A DNA stretch of 64,000 nt from the human T2T-CHM13v2.0 reference genome, Homo sapiens. How positions within the stretch are numbered: position 1 is the stretch's first letter; every line of letters begins with the position of its first letter. The stretch lies in the NCBI RefSeq assembly GCF_009914755.1, contig NC_060934.1; one strand, 5' to 3'. Made by a program: the position numbers and the translations under genes. Positions 40,490 through 64,000 of this stretch are shown here, in pieces. The notes under the pieces were generated by a model, which was given only the letters and a program-made list of their open reading frames with translations, was not told the origin of the DNA and made no database searches.

Positions 40490-40793
40490 GGCCAGCCATG
40501 GTAGCTCACGCCTGTAATCTCACCCCTTTGGGAGGCCGAGGCAGGTGGATCACTTGAGGCCAGGAGTTAAAAACCAGCATGGCCAAAGTGGTGAAACCCC
40601 ATCTCTACTAAAAATACAAAAATTAGCTGGGCGTGATGACATGCATCTATAATTCCAGCTACTCAGGAGGCTGAGGCATGAGAACCACTTGAACCCAGGA
40701 GGTGGAGTTTGCAGTGGGCCAAGATAGAGCCACTGCACTCCAGCTTGGGTGATGGAGTGAGACTCTGTCTCAAAAAAAAAAAAAAAAAAAAAA
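40490..40793 (+). mobile_element. Alu within an old L1M 5'/ORF1 remnant (about 39640-40860)
   Basis: TSD taaactggaagtc. Confidence 0.92.
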
Positions 40794-40863
40794 TTTAAAC
40801 TGGAAGTCAAGTCAGAGGAAATACAGCACAGAGGCAAAGCAATAAAACAGTAAAAATAATATA

Positions 40864-41136
40864 CAGTTGACCGCTGAACAAGAGAGGTTTGAAATGCATA
40901 GGTATGCGTAGTTTTTAATAGAACACGGATCAAAAATACAGTGTTCATGGGATGTGAAACCTGTGTATACAGAGGGCTGACTTTTTATGAGTGTGTTCTA
41001 CGGGGCCAACTTCAGGACTTGAGTATGTGTGGAATTTGGTAAAAGTAGGCTGGTGGTCCTAGAATGCTATTCGGAGTTCCACTAATGGAGGAATGGTATT
41101 GTTCACAACACTGAACAAAACCAATCCTGACGACTG
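40864..41136 (-). mobile_element. MER8-like Tigger MITE
   Basis: ta|cagttgaccgctgaacaa...cggatcaaaaatacagt...gacgactg|ta. Confidence 0.8.
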
Positions 41137-41651
41137 TATTCATGGGACATACAGTCTACGAGGAGAGACTGATGGTCATCAAACAACATAAAATATATTA
41201 CATTTCATGTGTGATAAATGAAGTTAGGAAAATTTATTAAGTACTTTCCTCAATCAAGACCATGGGTGTAGACAGCCCTTTCATGAAGACATAAAGTAAT
41301 ATCTGAACTATGAGTCAAGTTAACTAGGAAAACTTTCTAGGCAGAGAGAACAGTATATGCAATAGAACTAGGCAGAAGAAAATACAGTATTTTTTTGTAA
41401 GAACTCAAAGAAACTTACAGCAATAAATTGTGAATAAGATTTGGGAAGGGGTCACGGTAATGATGGTGGTTCATAAGGCTACAAAGGGAAGACCATGCAA
41501 GTCTTATAAATGAATATATTTGGTCTATCTACTACTAATGTGAAGATGCTAACAGATTTTATGCAAAGCAGGTGAAACGGTAGATTTTTATTTGGAAATA
41601 TATTCACAATAATTGACTGCTTCCTTTGGGAACCACAGGTACTTTGGGAAT

Positions 41652-42272
<621 letters not shown>

Positions 42273-42867
42273 CTGAGTTGGTATTTGTATAGTAATCCAG
42301 CATTTAACTGCAAAGGTTAAGTACAATATAAATAGTAATCCACAACTTCAACAAATTAAAAAGGTGATCATGAATCAATTGTCCCCACAATTAACAACTC
42401 TCTTATCACTAAGAGAAGGGTAGTCACTAGTTTTTAATCTAATGAAATTGTATATTTTTCTTAACCTAAAATTATTCATTTTTATTGTTTGAACATATTG
42501 CCTATTTAATTTTTAAGTTTATGAATGTACTGTATTATTTACTGTGTCTAAGTAGCTGAATTTATCTTATTAATCATTTCTTCATTTTAACCAATTTTTC
42601 ATATTTTTTATTTGTGTAGCTCTCTGGATTTAACAATCTTATCCTTTTTTATTTATTACAACTGAGATGAGCATGCTAAACTTATTTTTACATAAACTTG
42701 TATATTTTACTTTTTCTCTAGTTTTAAAAATACCTTTTCTATTTTAATCATCTTTTATATTTACTTTTTTATTATTCAGAGTATTTTCTACCTAAATTTT
42801 CTACTGCTTTTTTCTGTTTATATTTATTTTAAAAATTTTAATATATCTGAATTAAAAATAGACAGCA

Positions 42868-43252
<385 letters not shown>

Positions 43253-43294
43253 CTAATCTCTCTCACTTGTGCTGCCATGTTCCAACTTATCTAC

Positions 43295-43642
43295 TTTTTT
43301 TTAAACATTTTGAAATAATCACAGATTCATAAGAAATTGCATTAAAAAACAAAATCAGGGAGGCCCCTGAGGACCCATCACCTGGTTTCAAGATGTTATG
43401 CAAAGGTCACATCTTGCATAGTTACAGTATAATTTCAAAACCAAGAAACTGACATTAAGTACAAACCACAAAGCTTATTTCCATTTCACCAGTTTTACAT
43501 ATACTCATTTGTGTGCATATGTGTGCGCATGGCTGTGCAGTTCTATGCAATTTTGTAATGTGCAGATTCATTTAACATCATGACCACAACCATAACAGAG
43601 AATTGTTCCATCATCACAAGGATCCCTATTGCCTTCATTTAT
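43295..43642 (-). mobile_element. L1MC/MD-like 3' UTR fragment
   Basis: acatcttgcatagttacagtataatttcaaaaccaagaaactgacatt...tttcaccagttttaca. Confidence 0.75.
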
Positions 43643-45169
43643 AAAACTCTTGAAACAGAGCCTAAATTTATTTACATGAGACAGACCAGAAAGCTACTCT
43701 TGGAAGAGAAAAAATTGAGCAGTATGTGAAAGAGGGAACAACAGTAAAAAGCTGAGGAGTTGGAAAAGAGAACTTTTCCAGTGACAGCTGTGTGAGAGTT
43801 GCTCTTGGTTGGAAAGAAAGATATGCAAAGATGATTTTGTAGAAGTTTTATTCTATGATGTTTTCCCTAGTTACTTATTAAAAAAAAAAAGGTAATGTGT
43901 GCTCATGTGCATTTATCTTAGATCATATACAATAATGAGATGGGCGCCCAGTGAGAAAGCAAGCAGGTCCAACTTTATTTGGACTACACAATAATGAGGT
44001 TTCAAGGCTAGCTGATTTAAAGCCCAAAGAAACCACAATCGAGCTGAAATAGCAGGCTACTGCATCACTATTTCTCTAAAATAAATTCATCTTGTGTTCC
44101 AAAATTACTCATATGTTCTTCAAATAAATTATATTTAAATGAGGACTTCTTGTAGTCCAATGTGAGGAAAAATTAAGCATAAAGACCAATTATATTACAT
44201 GAAAAATTAAAAGATAGTGTTAGGGTTACACAATCTACATAGCAGCATATGGCAGTGCTACATTACAGTAACAAAAGGGATTGTAAAAGATTTAATCCAG
44301 ACTCATATGTAACACAACTACCTACATATTACTGACCAATAACTACTTCATCTACTACAAAGTAGAAGACAAACTTTACCTACAAACACAACGTTATGTC
44401 TGAATACTAGATATTTTCTGGCATTACTCACTAAAAAGTGGGAGATACAGACACATGAAATACAAATATTTCTAAATCTGTAATGATTTCTTCATCATCA
44501 AAGAAAGGACCTCCTTCCTTCACTCTGAAAATGAATTACTTTGAGCTAGTTTACTCCAGACCCTCACTGAAGAACAAAAAAGACCTGAGAAAGCATTCTT
44601 TGATTCCTTGAAATCCCTAGTGGACCGGACCCTCAAGGTTAGCACAAGCACCTTCGGGCTTACCAGATTTAGGAGATATTACAATGGTTTGGACTGTTAT
44701 TTTTCATTGTTCATCCATCTGCCTTTCAACTTTACAATCATAAGATATCAAAATTGCATTTCATTCACAAGGCTGTATATGTATATAAGTTCTCTATTTA
44801 GTTTAAAACAACACTTTTGGTAAATATTTATGTTTACCCAGAAAGAAGGAAGCAAAGTGAGGCAGGGAGTAGGAAGGGAAGGCAAGTCTGAGAACATGTA
44901 ACAATCTGTTAGCTAAGGATACCCCTGGGAAATACAGGAAGAGAAAGAGAGAACATTTTCACTTTTAACTTTATACTATTCACAACTATTCAAACTTCAA
45001 TATACAGTTGATTCTGACTTTAGCAAGTTAATTAACTACCCTATGCCTGTTTATTCATCTATAAACAAGAATAATAGTGTCTACCTCAAAAGAATAATGT
45101 AAAACACTGAGAAAAATATCTGGAACTTGGTATGCCTTCAAAAATGAACTAGTAATAATATATTACTGA

Positions 45170-45858
<689 letters not shown>

Positions 45859-45946
45859 TAGCCAACAGTAAGTATTCAAATATATTTATTGAATGAATGA
45901 AATTATCTCCCAACACAGATAGGATGCTGTGTTTAAAATGTCAAAA

Positions 45947-45960
45947 GACACAGACAGACA

Positions 45961-46009
<49 letters not shown>

Positions 46010-46012
46010 AGA
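45947..46012. repeat. (GACA)n(CA)n(GA)n compound microsatellite
   Basis: about 22 uninterrupted CA units. Confidence 0.97.
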
Positions 46013-46958
46013 CAAACTCCTTACATAAAAAAGCAAGCACTTTTAGTACCCAAAACAGACTTCCCCTGCCAGCCCCCAAGAACTAAATAAAAAAAAAAAA
46101 ACCTCTCAAATTAGAACACATGTAGACGTGGCAACTGTATTTCTGGACAAGAGAAAAATGGAATCAACACCCTTCATATTTAAATGGCTTGCTGTTCTTG
46201 GCTGTTTTGAATTACAATAATGAAAAAGTGAAAATCCCAAGTAATTCCAAGTATAACAAAAGAGATGAATAGATATAGGAAATACTTATAATGGAAAGGT
46301 CAAGGAATCAAGAAATGATTCCAAACTATCATCTATTTTAGGATACGAAAATTTTTTCACAGATTATAACCAAATAAAACTCACTATGGCTTAAGAAATA
46401 GGCAAAACCAGAAAAGTTCTACAACATCATAGAAATCCTGAGAAATCTAAACATTCTGTTAAATTCTAGTAAATGGCAACTAATTGTCATGTTTGGATAA
46501 AACAATGAAATATGACATAACAATTTAAGAAATGGGGTAAAAAAAAAAAATCTGAAGATAGATACGGTGGTGTGTACCTGTCGTCCCAGCTACTCACAAG
46601 GCAGAGGCCAGGAGTTCTAGTCCAGCCTGGGCAATATAGCAAGATCCTGTCTCTTTAATACGATATAATTAAGATATATCATATATTAGGGTTAGAATAG
46701 GGGAAAAACGGAAAAAAGAAAAAATTATGAAAACTCAGTAATATGGTTTTTATTAGGATTTAGATCCTAATAAAATCACAACAAAAACAAGATTTTAAAA
46801 CAGAAAAAAAGCTGTATAAAAGTTTGAACATATGGCAGTAGAAGAGTGGGGTGGGGTCCCCAGGTAAGTTTCAACGTTAATAGAAGAGAATGCAATACCT
46901 CCATAACCCAGGGGCTGTTAAAGGCAGTCTGGAAAGGCGGCCAGTTAAAACTATCTAG

Positions 46959-48880
<1,922 letters not shown>

Positions 48881-48927
48881 AGTTACATGTTTCAAATATA
48901 TTTAAACCTGATTTTAAAAGTATAGTT

Positions 48928-50922
<1,995 letters not shown>

Positions 50923-51197
50923 TAGTATATTGTATTTATATATAATTCCTAAAATATGATCAGTGCTTAGAAGACTGAGGATCCCTGACTAAGCATTCAT
51001 AATTAAGCATGAGGCACTAAAAAGCTATTGAAAAACACTTTGTGAGTGAGAGTGGCTTGGTGAGTATTACTGTAGGGCACTTATTACCAGTATTTATTAT
51101 TGTTCTTTTCTCAGGGACCTTCACTTTCCCTGAGGTAACAATCCTCTAATCATTTCAGGGGGGACGTAACTGGTTGACATGAAATAAATGGGGCTGA

Positions 51198-52925
<1,728 letters not shown>

Positions 52926-53629
52926 GCACATGTTTTACCAGACAAATTTATCCAAGTCTCACCTAGATCAAACAAAGGGATGAATTACAGGATAATGTGC
53001 TAGCTGCTCTCAAATCCCACCATACTACAGCTATAGCAACCTACTTAAAATACAAAATTGATGATTTAATCCAGATAATTTTGGTTCCATGGCTTTCCAT
53101 TCCCTACAGGAGGAATATTTCCAAAATTCTATTGTAACACAAGACCCTTTATGATTTGATCACCGCTTACTCCACTCCATCACAATTATTCTACCTATGC
53201 CAGCTTGGCACAAGACCTTGGGATTTCCCAATCAGGACCTGTTTTCTCATACAACGCCTTCCAACCTTTTTGGATCAGAAAATGCCAATTCAGCATTTAA
53301 AATCATAGCAAGCCTCATCCTCCTCTGTATCGCTTTTCCTTAGCCAAGCCAGGCACTTCCTCTTCATTTGTCCCATTTTTATAAACTTTTATTCTATAAC
53401 TGAATGTTTCATTTTCCACTTGTACATCTGTCTCCTTACTCTCTATACCTCCTGAACACAAAAATTTTAGTTTATTCTCATTTATATCTCCAAATCTTAA
53501 ATTGTCTGATCAGAAGTAAACTAAAATAAAAATTAGGTTGTTTTCCTTTTAAGACTTTTCCTGAAACTAGGTTGATCAAAAAATACAAATGTTTTTCCAT
53601 GATTATTCTCAGTAAGATTCAGTAATTCA

Positions 53630-53711
53630 GGCCAGGTGCAGTGGCTCAAGCCTGTAATCTCAGCATTTTGGGAGGCTGAGGCAGGTGGATCACGAGGTCA
53701 GGAGTTCAAGA
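53630..53711 (+). mobile_element. Alu 5' fragment (82 bp) without tail
   Basis: flanked by aagattca(g/a)taatt. Confidence 0.9.
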
Positions 53712-53953
53712 TTCAATAATTGGCAAGGTATAAGCTCCACTAGAGGAGAAAAAAAAGTATTATGCTAAAGATGGACTATTTGGGTTCCATTTTCACTCTC
53801 AGTTGTGCTACTAATTAAAATGAAAATGTAAACAAATCAATTAACATGATTATCCCAGACCTTTCTTTTCTTACTGGAAAAAAGAGGGCATTAAACTGGA
53901 TGATGACAATAACACCATAACTACAAGCTTTTATAAAAGTCCTTTATATACAG

Positions 53954-54667
53954 TGTTAATACAGTGAAAGATCAACCTTATTGAAAGAGGTCTGGCTTCT
54001 GCCCTCAGCTACTGGGAAACAATCACTAGGCCTCTGGCATGTCTTGGCTGATACGAGTGTTTTTGTTCGTCTGGGGGCTTTGGCCACTGGACTATCTAAA
54101 AATGTGATTTACAATGGGAAGTACCCAGAAGAATTCCATAATGAAATGGGAATGGTCTGTGCAGGAAAATGCTACCAAAGGAACATATCATTATAACGAG
54201 CACATAGACCCTACTATATAACAGCACACAGTATGGCTTTGGGCCACAAAGTAATAGCTGTGACCTCCAGAGAAAGGAATAACTAAAGGTAATAGTTTGA
54301 CATTCTGGAAGCAGCAGGAGACTAAAGGTCAGCCATGTGGGTGGTATGTGATCAAATCCCAATACAAACAATGATCACCAAAGGCTTTGCTGAGATTCCC
54401 TGTTTGACAATATTCTGTGAGTACTGTCATACACTGTGATTGAAATGAACTAATGTTGTCTATGATACCACAGAGAGAGGGCAATCAGAAACTCTACATT
54501 TGGACTCCTCCTGGATTCTGCACCCTATGTCTCTCTTCCCTTGGCTGATTTTAATGTGTATCATTTCTACGTAACAAACTATAGCCATGAATATAATGAG
54601 TTCTGTGAGTTCTTCTAGCAAATTATCAAACCTGAGGTTGGTTTTGGAATCCCTCAAGCTTGCAGCA
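53954..54667 (+). mobile_element. ERVL LTR (MER68/MER77-like), 5' LTR of a truncated provirus
   Basis: gaggtctggcttctgccctcagctactggg...gctgattttaatgtgtatc...gagttctgtgagttcttctagcaaattatcaaacctgagg; followed directly by a PBS. Confidence 0.8.
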
Positions 54668-54668
54668 A

Positions 54669-54684
54669 TGGTATCGGAAGTGGG
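54669..54684 (+). promoter_or_regulatory. Retroviral primer-binding site, tRNA-Leu type
   Basis: tggtatcggaagtggg versus ERVL-type tggtgtcagaagtggg, immediately after the LTR. Confidence 0.7.
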
Positions 54685-56540
<1,856 letters not shown>

Positions 56541-56825
56541 GAAACCAGTCTTAGTACAAGCCTGTGAACTGAGACAAGGTAAGTAGCTTTGTTCTTAAAT
56601 GACTTGGAACTCAGAAATAACTGAGTAAGGGCCCACTGTAACTATACCTATCCATGATAATATCCAGCATCCAGGTAAGGGTCAATTCTGCTGAGGCGGC
56701 ATAGCAAATTCCTCTGCAATTCTTACTGATTTGTTCTGTAATAAAACAGCATCACGTTGTGACATAACACACTATGGCATAACAAGTGACACTGTTGCTA
56801 AGATTCATTTACCTTATGTAAATAA

Positions 56826-57582
<757 letters not shown>

Positions 57583-57854
57583 CCATCAACTAATTTCTAT
57601 GCCAATAGTCCTGCATGAATTTTTCATAAGATACAAAAATAGTGGTAAATCCGGGGGAAAATGAGTAATTAAATTAGTACAAGAAAATGATGTACATAAT
57701 GGCTTTATAAATTAGATTGACTGTTTATTTAAATGTACACCTATTCAACACTGGCTCCTCCCAATATTAGGCATATTCAAAAAGTTACTACTGCAATGTC
57801 TGTCATATAAAACCTAAATGTAGACGTTCAAATATATTCATTTTGCTTTAAGAG

Positions 57855-58507
57855 TGTAGGCCAAAGGCTAGGGCATAGCCTATACACCAAAGAAGAAAAA
57901 GATGCCTGGGCTTCCACCTTGGCAACTGAGAGATGATCTCCAGGGCTCTAGAATATCTTGCTTCTTAGGAGTACCTGCTTGATAGGAGTGTTTTTGTTTG
58001 CCTGGAGGCTTTGGCCACTGGACAGTTTAACAATGTGATTTACAATGGGGGCTTTCGACATTCCAGTATCAATTCTGACCTCCAGAAGAAGTGAGAACTA
58101 AAGTTATTAGTCTGACCTCCCAGAGGCCAAAGCTACACCTTTCAGCTAGTATGTGATTTTGAGCCCCAGTAAAACTGGAAAATCAAAGACTCAGATGAGT
58201 TTCTTCACTGACGAAACTCACATACTGTGGACATAAAAAGATAATGCTGGACATGACTGCACAGGGAGAAGAGTCTGGACTCTACCCTAAACATCTCTTC
58301 CCCTGGCTGATTTTAATTCGTATACTTTCTCTGCAATAAACTGTAGGCATGAATGTAACAGCTCTCAATGAGTTATATCAATCTTCCAGTGATTTATCAA
58401 CCCTGTGGATGGTTTTGGGAATGCCTCAAACTTGAAACTAGTGCCAGAAGTGAGGGTGTTCTTACAGAGGTTTCTCTCAAAGTGTACACCTATCTAAACT
58501 CACTGCA
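57855..58507 (+). mobile_element. LTR, MER77-like (ERVL)
   Basis: tgtaggccaaaggctagggcatagcctatacaccaaag...cactgca; clear similarity to the 53954 LTR. Confidence 0.8.
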
Positions 58508-59129
58508 GTGCTATACTGAAGTTTTATTTATATACTGTCTTGCTTGATCTTCACTACTCTGTGTGGTAGATATTACTATTATGAACACAGTGAGACATAC
58601 AGAGTATAAATGACATTAACAGTAAATGGAAGAATCAGGATTTGAACCAAGAAATATGCCACAAAGTCTATGTCCTTAACATATTATGCTACCTTCCTTG
58701 ATAACTGCTATTTTCCCCCCAATTCTAACGTTCAAGCCATGCAAATCTAGAAGTAAACAAGAAATTCAGACAGACTTAAAACAAGCCTTAAATAATCTTC
58801 ATTATATTTTACTTTGTTATGGTTTAAGCTGTCATTTTTATTAAGTGTTAATTCTTTGTATATTAAGGACAGTTTTTTAAATGCTGCAATAGCAAAACAC
58901 AAATAATACCTATCAAAGTATATTAACAGAAACATAAAACAAGTTTACTAAAATAACTCATTTGAAGAAGACTACCTCCAAAATATAAAATACTGAATAA
59001 CATCATTATATGAAATTTCCAATTTGCTAGGAAATAATAGTTGTTTTTTAGGGAAAAGACAATTTTGGTCAGGCAAAATTCTGCCATAATATAAAATAAT
59101 GATCTCCATTACTTTATAATATATATATT

Positions 59130-59422
59130 TTCCGTTGAGACAGGGTCTTGCTCCATTGCCCAGGCTGGAGTGCAATGGCATAATCATAGCTCACCATAGC
59201 CTTGTACTCCTGGAGTCAAGCAATCCTCCCACCTCAACCTCCTGAGTAGCTGGGACTACAAGGCTTGCGCCACTACAATAGGCTAATTTTTTTTTTTTTT
59301 TTGGTAGGGATGAGGGTATAGCTATGCTGCCCTGGCTGGTCTTGAACTCCTGGACTCAAGCAATTCTCCCGCCTCAACCTCCCAAAGTGCTGGGATTATA
59401 GGCATGAGCCACTGTCCCTGGT
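59130..59422 (-). mobile_element. AluJ-like
   Basis: antisense Alu dimer. Confidence 0.9.
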
Positions 59423-61313
59423 CTATAAGACTTTTTAAATACATAATTCTAGTGCTGATGTAATTAATTTTTTTTACTTAAATTTTCTCTACATTTTCCT
59501 AAAGTATGTACAATTATCACTTTTAAAGCTGCATAATATGCCAAAATATTAATTTAACAGCATTCACAAATTGTTGAACATCAAGGTTGTTCCATTTTTC
59601 TTTTCCTCTTTAATAAGACTGCAATAAACATCTTTCTTCTAATAACATTAAACCTTTCATTTTTTTAATCTGCAGCTCCCACCACAGTGTCTAATTCGTA
59701 TGAGGTACGTGACAAACATTAGCTAAACTGAATACACTTTTTAAAAACTGTTTTTCAAGCATCGTTTCCTAAGACTAGAATTAATGAATCAAAGAGTATG
59801 AACTTCTTATGGTTCTTATAACATAATACTTTCCAAAAGAATAATGTCATTTTATAATCCACAAGATATGAGTGTGTGAACTCGTTCATTGCAATACATG
59901 CCAGTATTAGAGTTTATCATTTAAAAAGCTTAATATTTTATTATGTATAATTTGATCTCTTAAAGTGCTTTACCTTGTAGAGAAATAACAATCCTGAAGT
60001 TATATTGTCATTACTTCCATTTCATTATTTAACAAAGTACAAAAAGACATGCAACTGTTTATTCTAATTGTGGAAATTCAATTATAAATATGTAAAAACT
60101 CTTTAAATGAACATACTCCAAAGTTTATTTCTGACTTGGAAGGTGGCATATTTTCACATTTTAGTAAAATTTGCTTGAGGCCATAATCTAAACCAACTTT
60201 GATAACTGCTGGATATAAAGGTAATCTTGTCCCAAAGAGCAGTGAACTCTATTCTCCTTTGAGGGGGTTTCTTTTGGAACAGATAGTAAGTAAAAAGCAC
60301 TCTAAGAGAATATTTTAAAATAAATAAATTGCTAAGAGTTTACGTGTTTATGATGTCATCACAATTCCTGGTTGAACCAGAATTGCCTATCTATGAAGGA
60401 AAAGCTACATTGAGAAAAAGTAGTCTGAGTTTCCTAAAACTCAATTCAGAAATTCAAGTAAATTATCAAAGATTTGAATATTTAAGTCAATTGTGAGGAC
60501 TTCTGTTTCTTCCTTTAACATCTTTAAAATAACGCATTTCAGGTAATTTTACATTTTTCCCCTTGGTGATTTCAGGAATCAAATTTGTACCTGATGAGAA
60601 TTGGCATTATAAGCTTTTTAGTATTTTTTATTATATATTGACATGTTTAAAATTGGTAACTCACAGTTTTACCACAATTGGGTGATTCTGCTTTCCTGTC
60701 CTTTGATATTATCATATGTTAATAGTCAGAAAACTTGTGATAACTCCCAGTAGGGTTCTTTTTCACTAGCTGGGTTGCAGCACATTCATCACTTTAAAAT
60801 AAGAATTTACTTTCTGAGATGGGTAAAGCACTGTGCTAGACTCCAAGGAACCATACATAGATGACTAAGACATGACTCCTGTCCTCAAAGAACTTACAAT
60901 CTATTAAGGGAAGACAGACATGCAAACAAATAGGTATAATACAAAGCAGAATGTGCTGATTGTTAAAACAGAGGTACAAAACAAAGTTCTATAGGAGCAC
61001 AGGATGGTTATATAGGAGCACTGGTTGGGGTGATCTGGAAGGCTGGGCCAGCGGAAAAGTAGTAGAAAACTCTGCCCCTTAGAAAACACAGCAGTGTTAC
61101 AGCCCACCTGGGTTAGGGTCGAAGCCCCACTCCCCACAGAAGGTTTTCCTAAAGGAGATGGAGCCAGGGCCCTAACCCAGTTAGGTAGGTGATTCGTTGA
61201 TTTCAATTATGAATGCCAACACTTTCTTTCCCTGGTGCCGATAAATGTGCTTTCACAAGTATTTTACTTTATTAAAAAGTAAATAAAATTTAACAATCTA
61301 TTAAGTAACTTAC

Positions 61314-61451
61314 ATGAAGACGCAAGTTACCTCAGCCTACAGCATTAGAATGGCCTCAAGTGGTACTCTGATTGTACAGGACCAAGCAAAAAAAGACACC
61401 ACTTCAGCATCTTACATGTGGTGCTCCCATAAATGTTTTGCTACTGATATC
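61314..61451 (-). other. Candidate spliced exon with alternative donors (unverified)
   Basis: minus strand cctctttctttctag|GATATC...; donors CAT|gtaaga, GAG|gtaact, CAT|gtaagt. Confidence 0.3.
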
Positions 61452-62169
61452 CTAGAAAGAAAGAGGAACCAGACAATTCCAGAGAAGCAGCCTGGGTATT
61501 ATACTATTCATATTTTGCTGAAGATGCAATTATGTTAAGTTTTAAAAAATATACTTTAAAATATGTTAATGAGACAACAGGATTTGTTTTTGTCTTGTCA
61601 TGATCTCAAGAAACAGCAGGTACACTGCCAGTTTCCACTAATTTCTAGGTATAAGAGGTAGACAAGATAACGTAACTGATATGTAATATTAAACAAGTAC
61701 CACACGAGGAGTGAAACAACTAGAAAGAAGATAATAAATACAAACATGTTTAAATACAAAAGAACATAAAGCAAGTATCATGTGCACAGAAATAGAAACA
61801 TTAAATTTGTAGAAAATTAAAGACAAAGTATTAGTTTCTACTGTTTCATTCTATTGCCATCTCATATACAGATCCCTCAAATTTCTCAAATCTGTAGATA
61901 TAGTATTTCATTACGCTGTAGGAATTTTAAAACGCTTAACTTTATAATTGCTGTTTATAGACATCCTTAAAGAAGCCAAATTTTAATGAACAAAAAAGGA
62001 AACAATAAAATCTCAGTCATATCAACTGTATATAAATGTTTGCAAAATGCTTATGAAACTTAAATTGACTATTTTCTTAATTATTACAAACAAGCATTCT
62101 CACTTCACTTGTTTATTAATTTTTACAATCTCCTAAAACAAAAGAAAAAAGGAAGGAAGGCAAGCACAC

Positions 62170-62990
62170 ATAACCTGACTACTGGAATTAATGACAATAT
62201 CCCATTGCATAGACTTTAAAATAAACATACAATTCAAAAAGACTTACTATCAAACAACTGGCTAAGCAAACTATGAAATATGACAAAAAGGTTATAATAT
62301 CTGTAATAATATAAAGAAAGCTCATAACAAATATAAAAAACTCAAAACCCTAATAAGTACTAAATAACAATTCACTAAAAATACAAGTTGCTCATAAACA
62401 TGAAAAAAATTCACCCTATTAAAGGAATGCAAATTGAAACAACGAAATATTATTTTCAAATATCCAATTAGCAGAGAAAGAGTAACATTCAATGCTGCAT
62501 CCCCTTAGGATGTAAAACTCCTCCTGTTTTGGCCAAATATTTGTGTTTTAAAACAAGATAAACTGCAAATAAATAATTAATGCTTACAAGGGTGTGATGA
62601 GTGAGATAAAAACACCCCAACACTGACTGAGGACAATGGCAGTCAGTACAACCTTTACACAATTTGTGAAGAGTGTCAGGAGATAGATTTTTGTGGCTTT
62701 CAAGTTCATACCCTGTGATTATTAATTCTACTACTATGAATATACATTTTAAAAAATCAGAGATGCAGACAAAGGCTTGCAATGGTATTTATCCCAGTTG
62801 CTTATAATGCTCCCTAGAACTGGAAACTACAATGTCAAACATTAAGGAAATGGGTCATTATAAGATTAAATATTATGCAGCCATTAAAAATGATCCTAAA
62901 TTACTACTCATGAAGAGAAATGTAGAGGATAGATGTTAGGCAAAAAAGCAGGATCTACAATTTTAATGCAGTGTTAGCTAAAACTATGTT
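62170..62990 (+). mobile_element. Old L1ME-like 3' region
   Basis: attaaaggaatgcaaattgaaacaac, aatattatgcagccattaaaaatga. Confidence 0.65.
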
Positions 62991-63003
62991 TAAAAGAAGG
63001 CAG

Positions 63004-64000
<997 letters not shown>

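Noticed and set aside
59960-60010. Minus-strand donor AAG|gtaaag as part of an exon
   Set aside because: No convincing upstream acceptor or recognisable reading frame.

Overview
Primate (human-like) non-coding DNA, very rich in transposable elements and most likely deep inside a long intron. The best splice-site candidates all lie on the minus strand, but I cannot name a host gene. No intact protein-coding gene, RNA gene, CpG island or CRISPR array is supported; nearly all ORFs in the supplied track are Alu or low-complexity artefacts. By eye I count about 70 Alu copies or fragments. Other repeats include L1/L2/MIR remnants, solo LTRs (MER21, MLT2, MER57, MSTB, MER77-like), an ERVL LTR with primer-binding site and internal remnant, a near full-length Tigger4 transposon, and Tigger MITEs. 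The most informative items are: (1) a decayed retrocopy of the 3' end of LRRC40 from about 46959, missed by the ORF track; (2) two 110-125 bp templated insertions copied from about 2 kb downstream (Tigger4 segment into an Alu; ERVL internal segment into the upstream LTR), plus several fold-back scars; (3) a 61-bp tandem duplication built of hairpins; (4) a twin-primed L1 and a candidate internally primed Alu; (5) an (AAAAG)14 purine tract in an Alu tail. I do not see convincing evidence of a new biological system. Repeat family names come from recalled consensus sequences, not a search, and boundaries are approximate unless a target-site duplication (TSD) is given.
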